Below are positions 50,533 to 51,276 of a stretch of DNA of 51,276 nt, in pieces. The DNA is from Macrostomum lignano. Its lineage: Eukaryota. Numbering within the stretch: position 1 is the first letter of the stretch; each line of letters begins with the position of its first letter. Below the pieces are notes generated by a model. The model had not been told where the DNA came from, ran no database searches, and saw nothing but the letters and a program-made list of their open reading frames with translations. The position numbers and the translations under genes are program-made. The DNA lies in the NCBI GenBank assembly GCA_002269645.1, contig NIVC01004302.1, positions 1-51,276 on the forward strand, read 5' to 3'.

Positions 50533-51276
50533 ATGCCACTAATCAGGGCAAATTTAAAATATCGCCACTTATTTGGTGAGCAAGTTCGCAAAGACCAACA
50601 ATTTGAAAATGTTCCAATTAGTCGCAATGCTCATGATGGCCAATTTGTGGCTGTTAATTCAGAATTTCTAGCTGTGAGCTGCGAATCATCTGGTGGTGGC
50701 TCTTTCCTTATTCTTCCTATTGACAAGTGAGCATAAATACAATTTCTTTTTTGATAACTGGTTAGCTTGCTCTCTCTTATTTAGCTAGTTGATATTAGTT
50801 TTTTGGAGTTCTAGCTAGTTGTTGGACTCCTAGCTAGCTAAAATCCCAGCTATTAGGAGTCCAGCTCCTGGAATCCCAGCTATTAGGAGTCCCAGCTGCC
50901 TAGAATCCCAGCTATTAGGAGTCCCAGCTGCCTAGAATCCCAGCTATTAGGGTCCCAGCTGGCTGAATCCCAGCTATTAGGAGTCTCAGCTGCCTGGAAT
51001 CCCAGCTATTAGGAGTCCCTGGCTGGCTGGAATCCAGCTATTAGGAATCCCAGCCAGATTGCTATGCGCTAATTATTTCTCACCACCCAACACACAGCCG
51101 GGCCGTCTGTCGCCATTGAATCTGCACAAAATATGCGGCCACTCCAGCGCCATAATTGACTTAGCCTGGAATCCCTTCGACGACCGGGTGCTGGCCACAG
51201 CCTCTGAGGATGGCTACGTGAAGCTCTGGCGCGTCGCCGACCGTCGGAGGTGTCGCCGGCGGCCGAATTGGAGCAC
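50533..51276 (+). CDS. CORO: coronin (CORO2-like), first two coding exons, runs off the window
   Basis: Exon 50533-50726 encodes KYRHLFGEQ...ISRNAHDGQFVAVNSEFLAVSCESSGGGSFLILP. The exon from 51098 encodes PGRL...KICGHSSAIIDLAWNPFDDRVLATASEDGYVKLW (WD40). The junction lacks one base (AA(G)|GTGAGC). Confidence 0.9.
50840..51055. repeat. about 32-bp minisatellite in coronin intron
   Basis: CCCAGCTATTAGGAGTCCCAGCTGCCTAGAAT units. Confidence 0.85.

Overview
Eukaryotic (animal) genomic DNA with GC-rich exons, short GT-AG introns, AT-rich intergenic DNA and many minisatellites. The style suggests a free-living flatworm such as Macrostomum (inference only). Seven genes could be assembled by hand from splice sites and reading-frame phase: BCL7-family BAF subunit (-, 4 exons, with an 11 kb first intron), an MS4A/CD20-like four-TM gene nested antisense in that intron, an ELOVL fatty acid elongase (+, 2 coding exons), a 13-exon CNBD2-like cyclic-nucleotide-binding protein (+), a glutaredoxin-DEP-DUF547 protein (-), a CDC50/TMEM30 flippase beta-subunit (-) with an extra C-terminal exon, and the start of a coronin (+). 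The mobile DNA is the most striking part. There are three Penelope-like element (PLE) insertions carrying minimal hammerhead ribozyme motifs. Two of them are 'tail-out' palindromes with 13-14 bp target duplications, and all three share conserved 3' sequence boxes. Also present are a mariner derivative nested in one PLE, TSD-bounded MITEs, and tRNA-derived SINE heads, one of which appears to have seeded a minisatellite. The frameshifts I could resolve in the MS4A-like, CDC50 and coronin genes are all single-base losses in homopolymer or GG runs, which points to long-read assembly error rather than pseudogenes. All coordinates and counts were made by eye; no searches were run.
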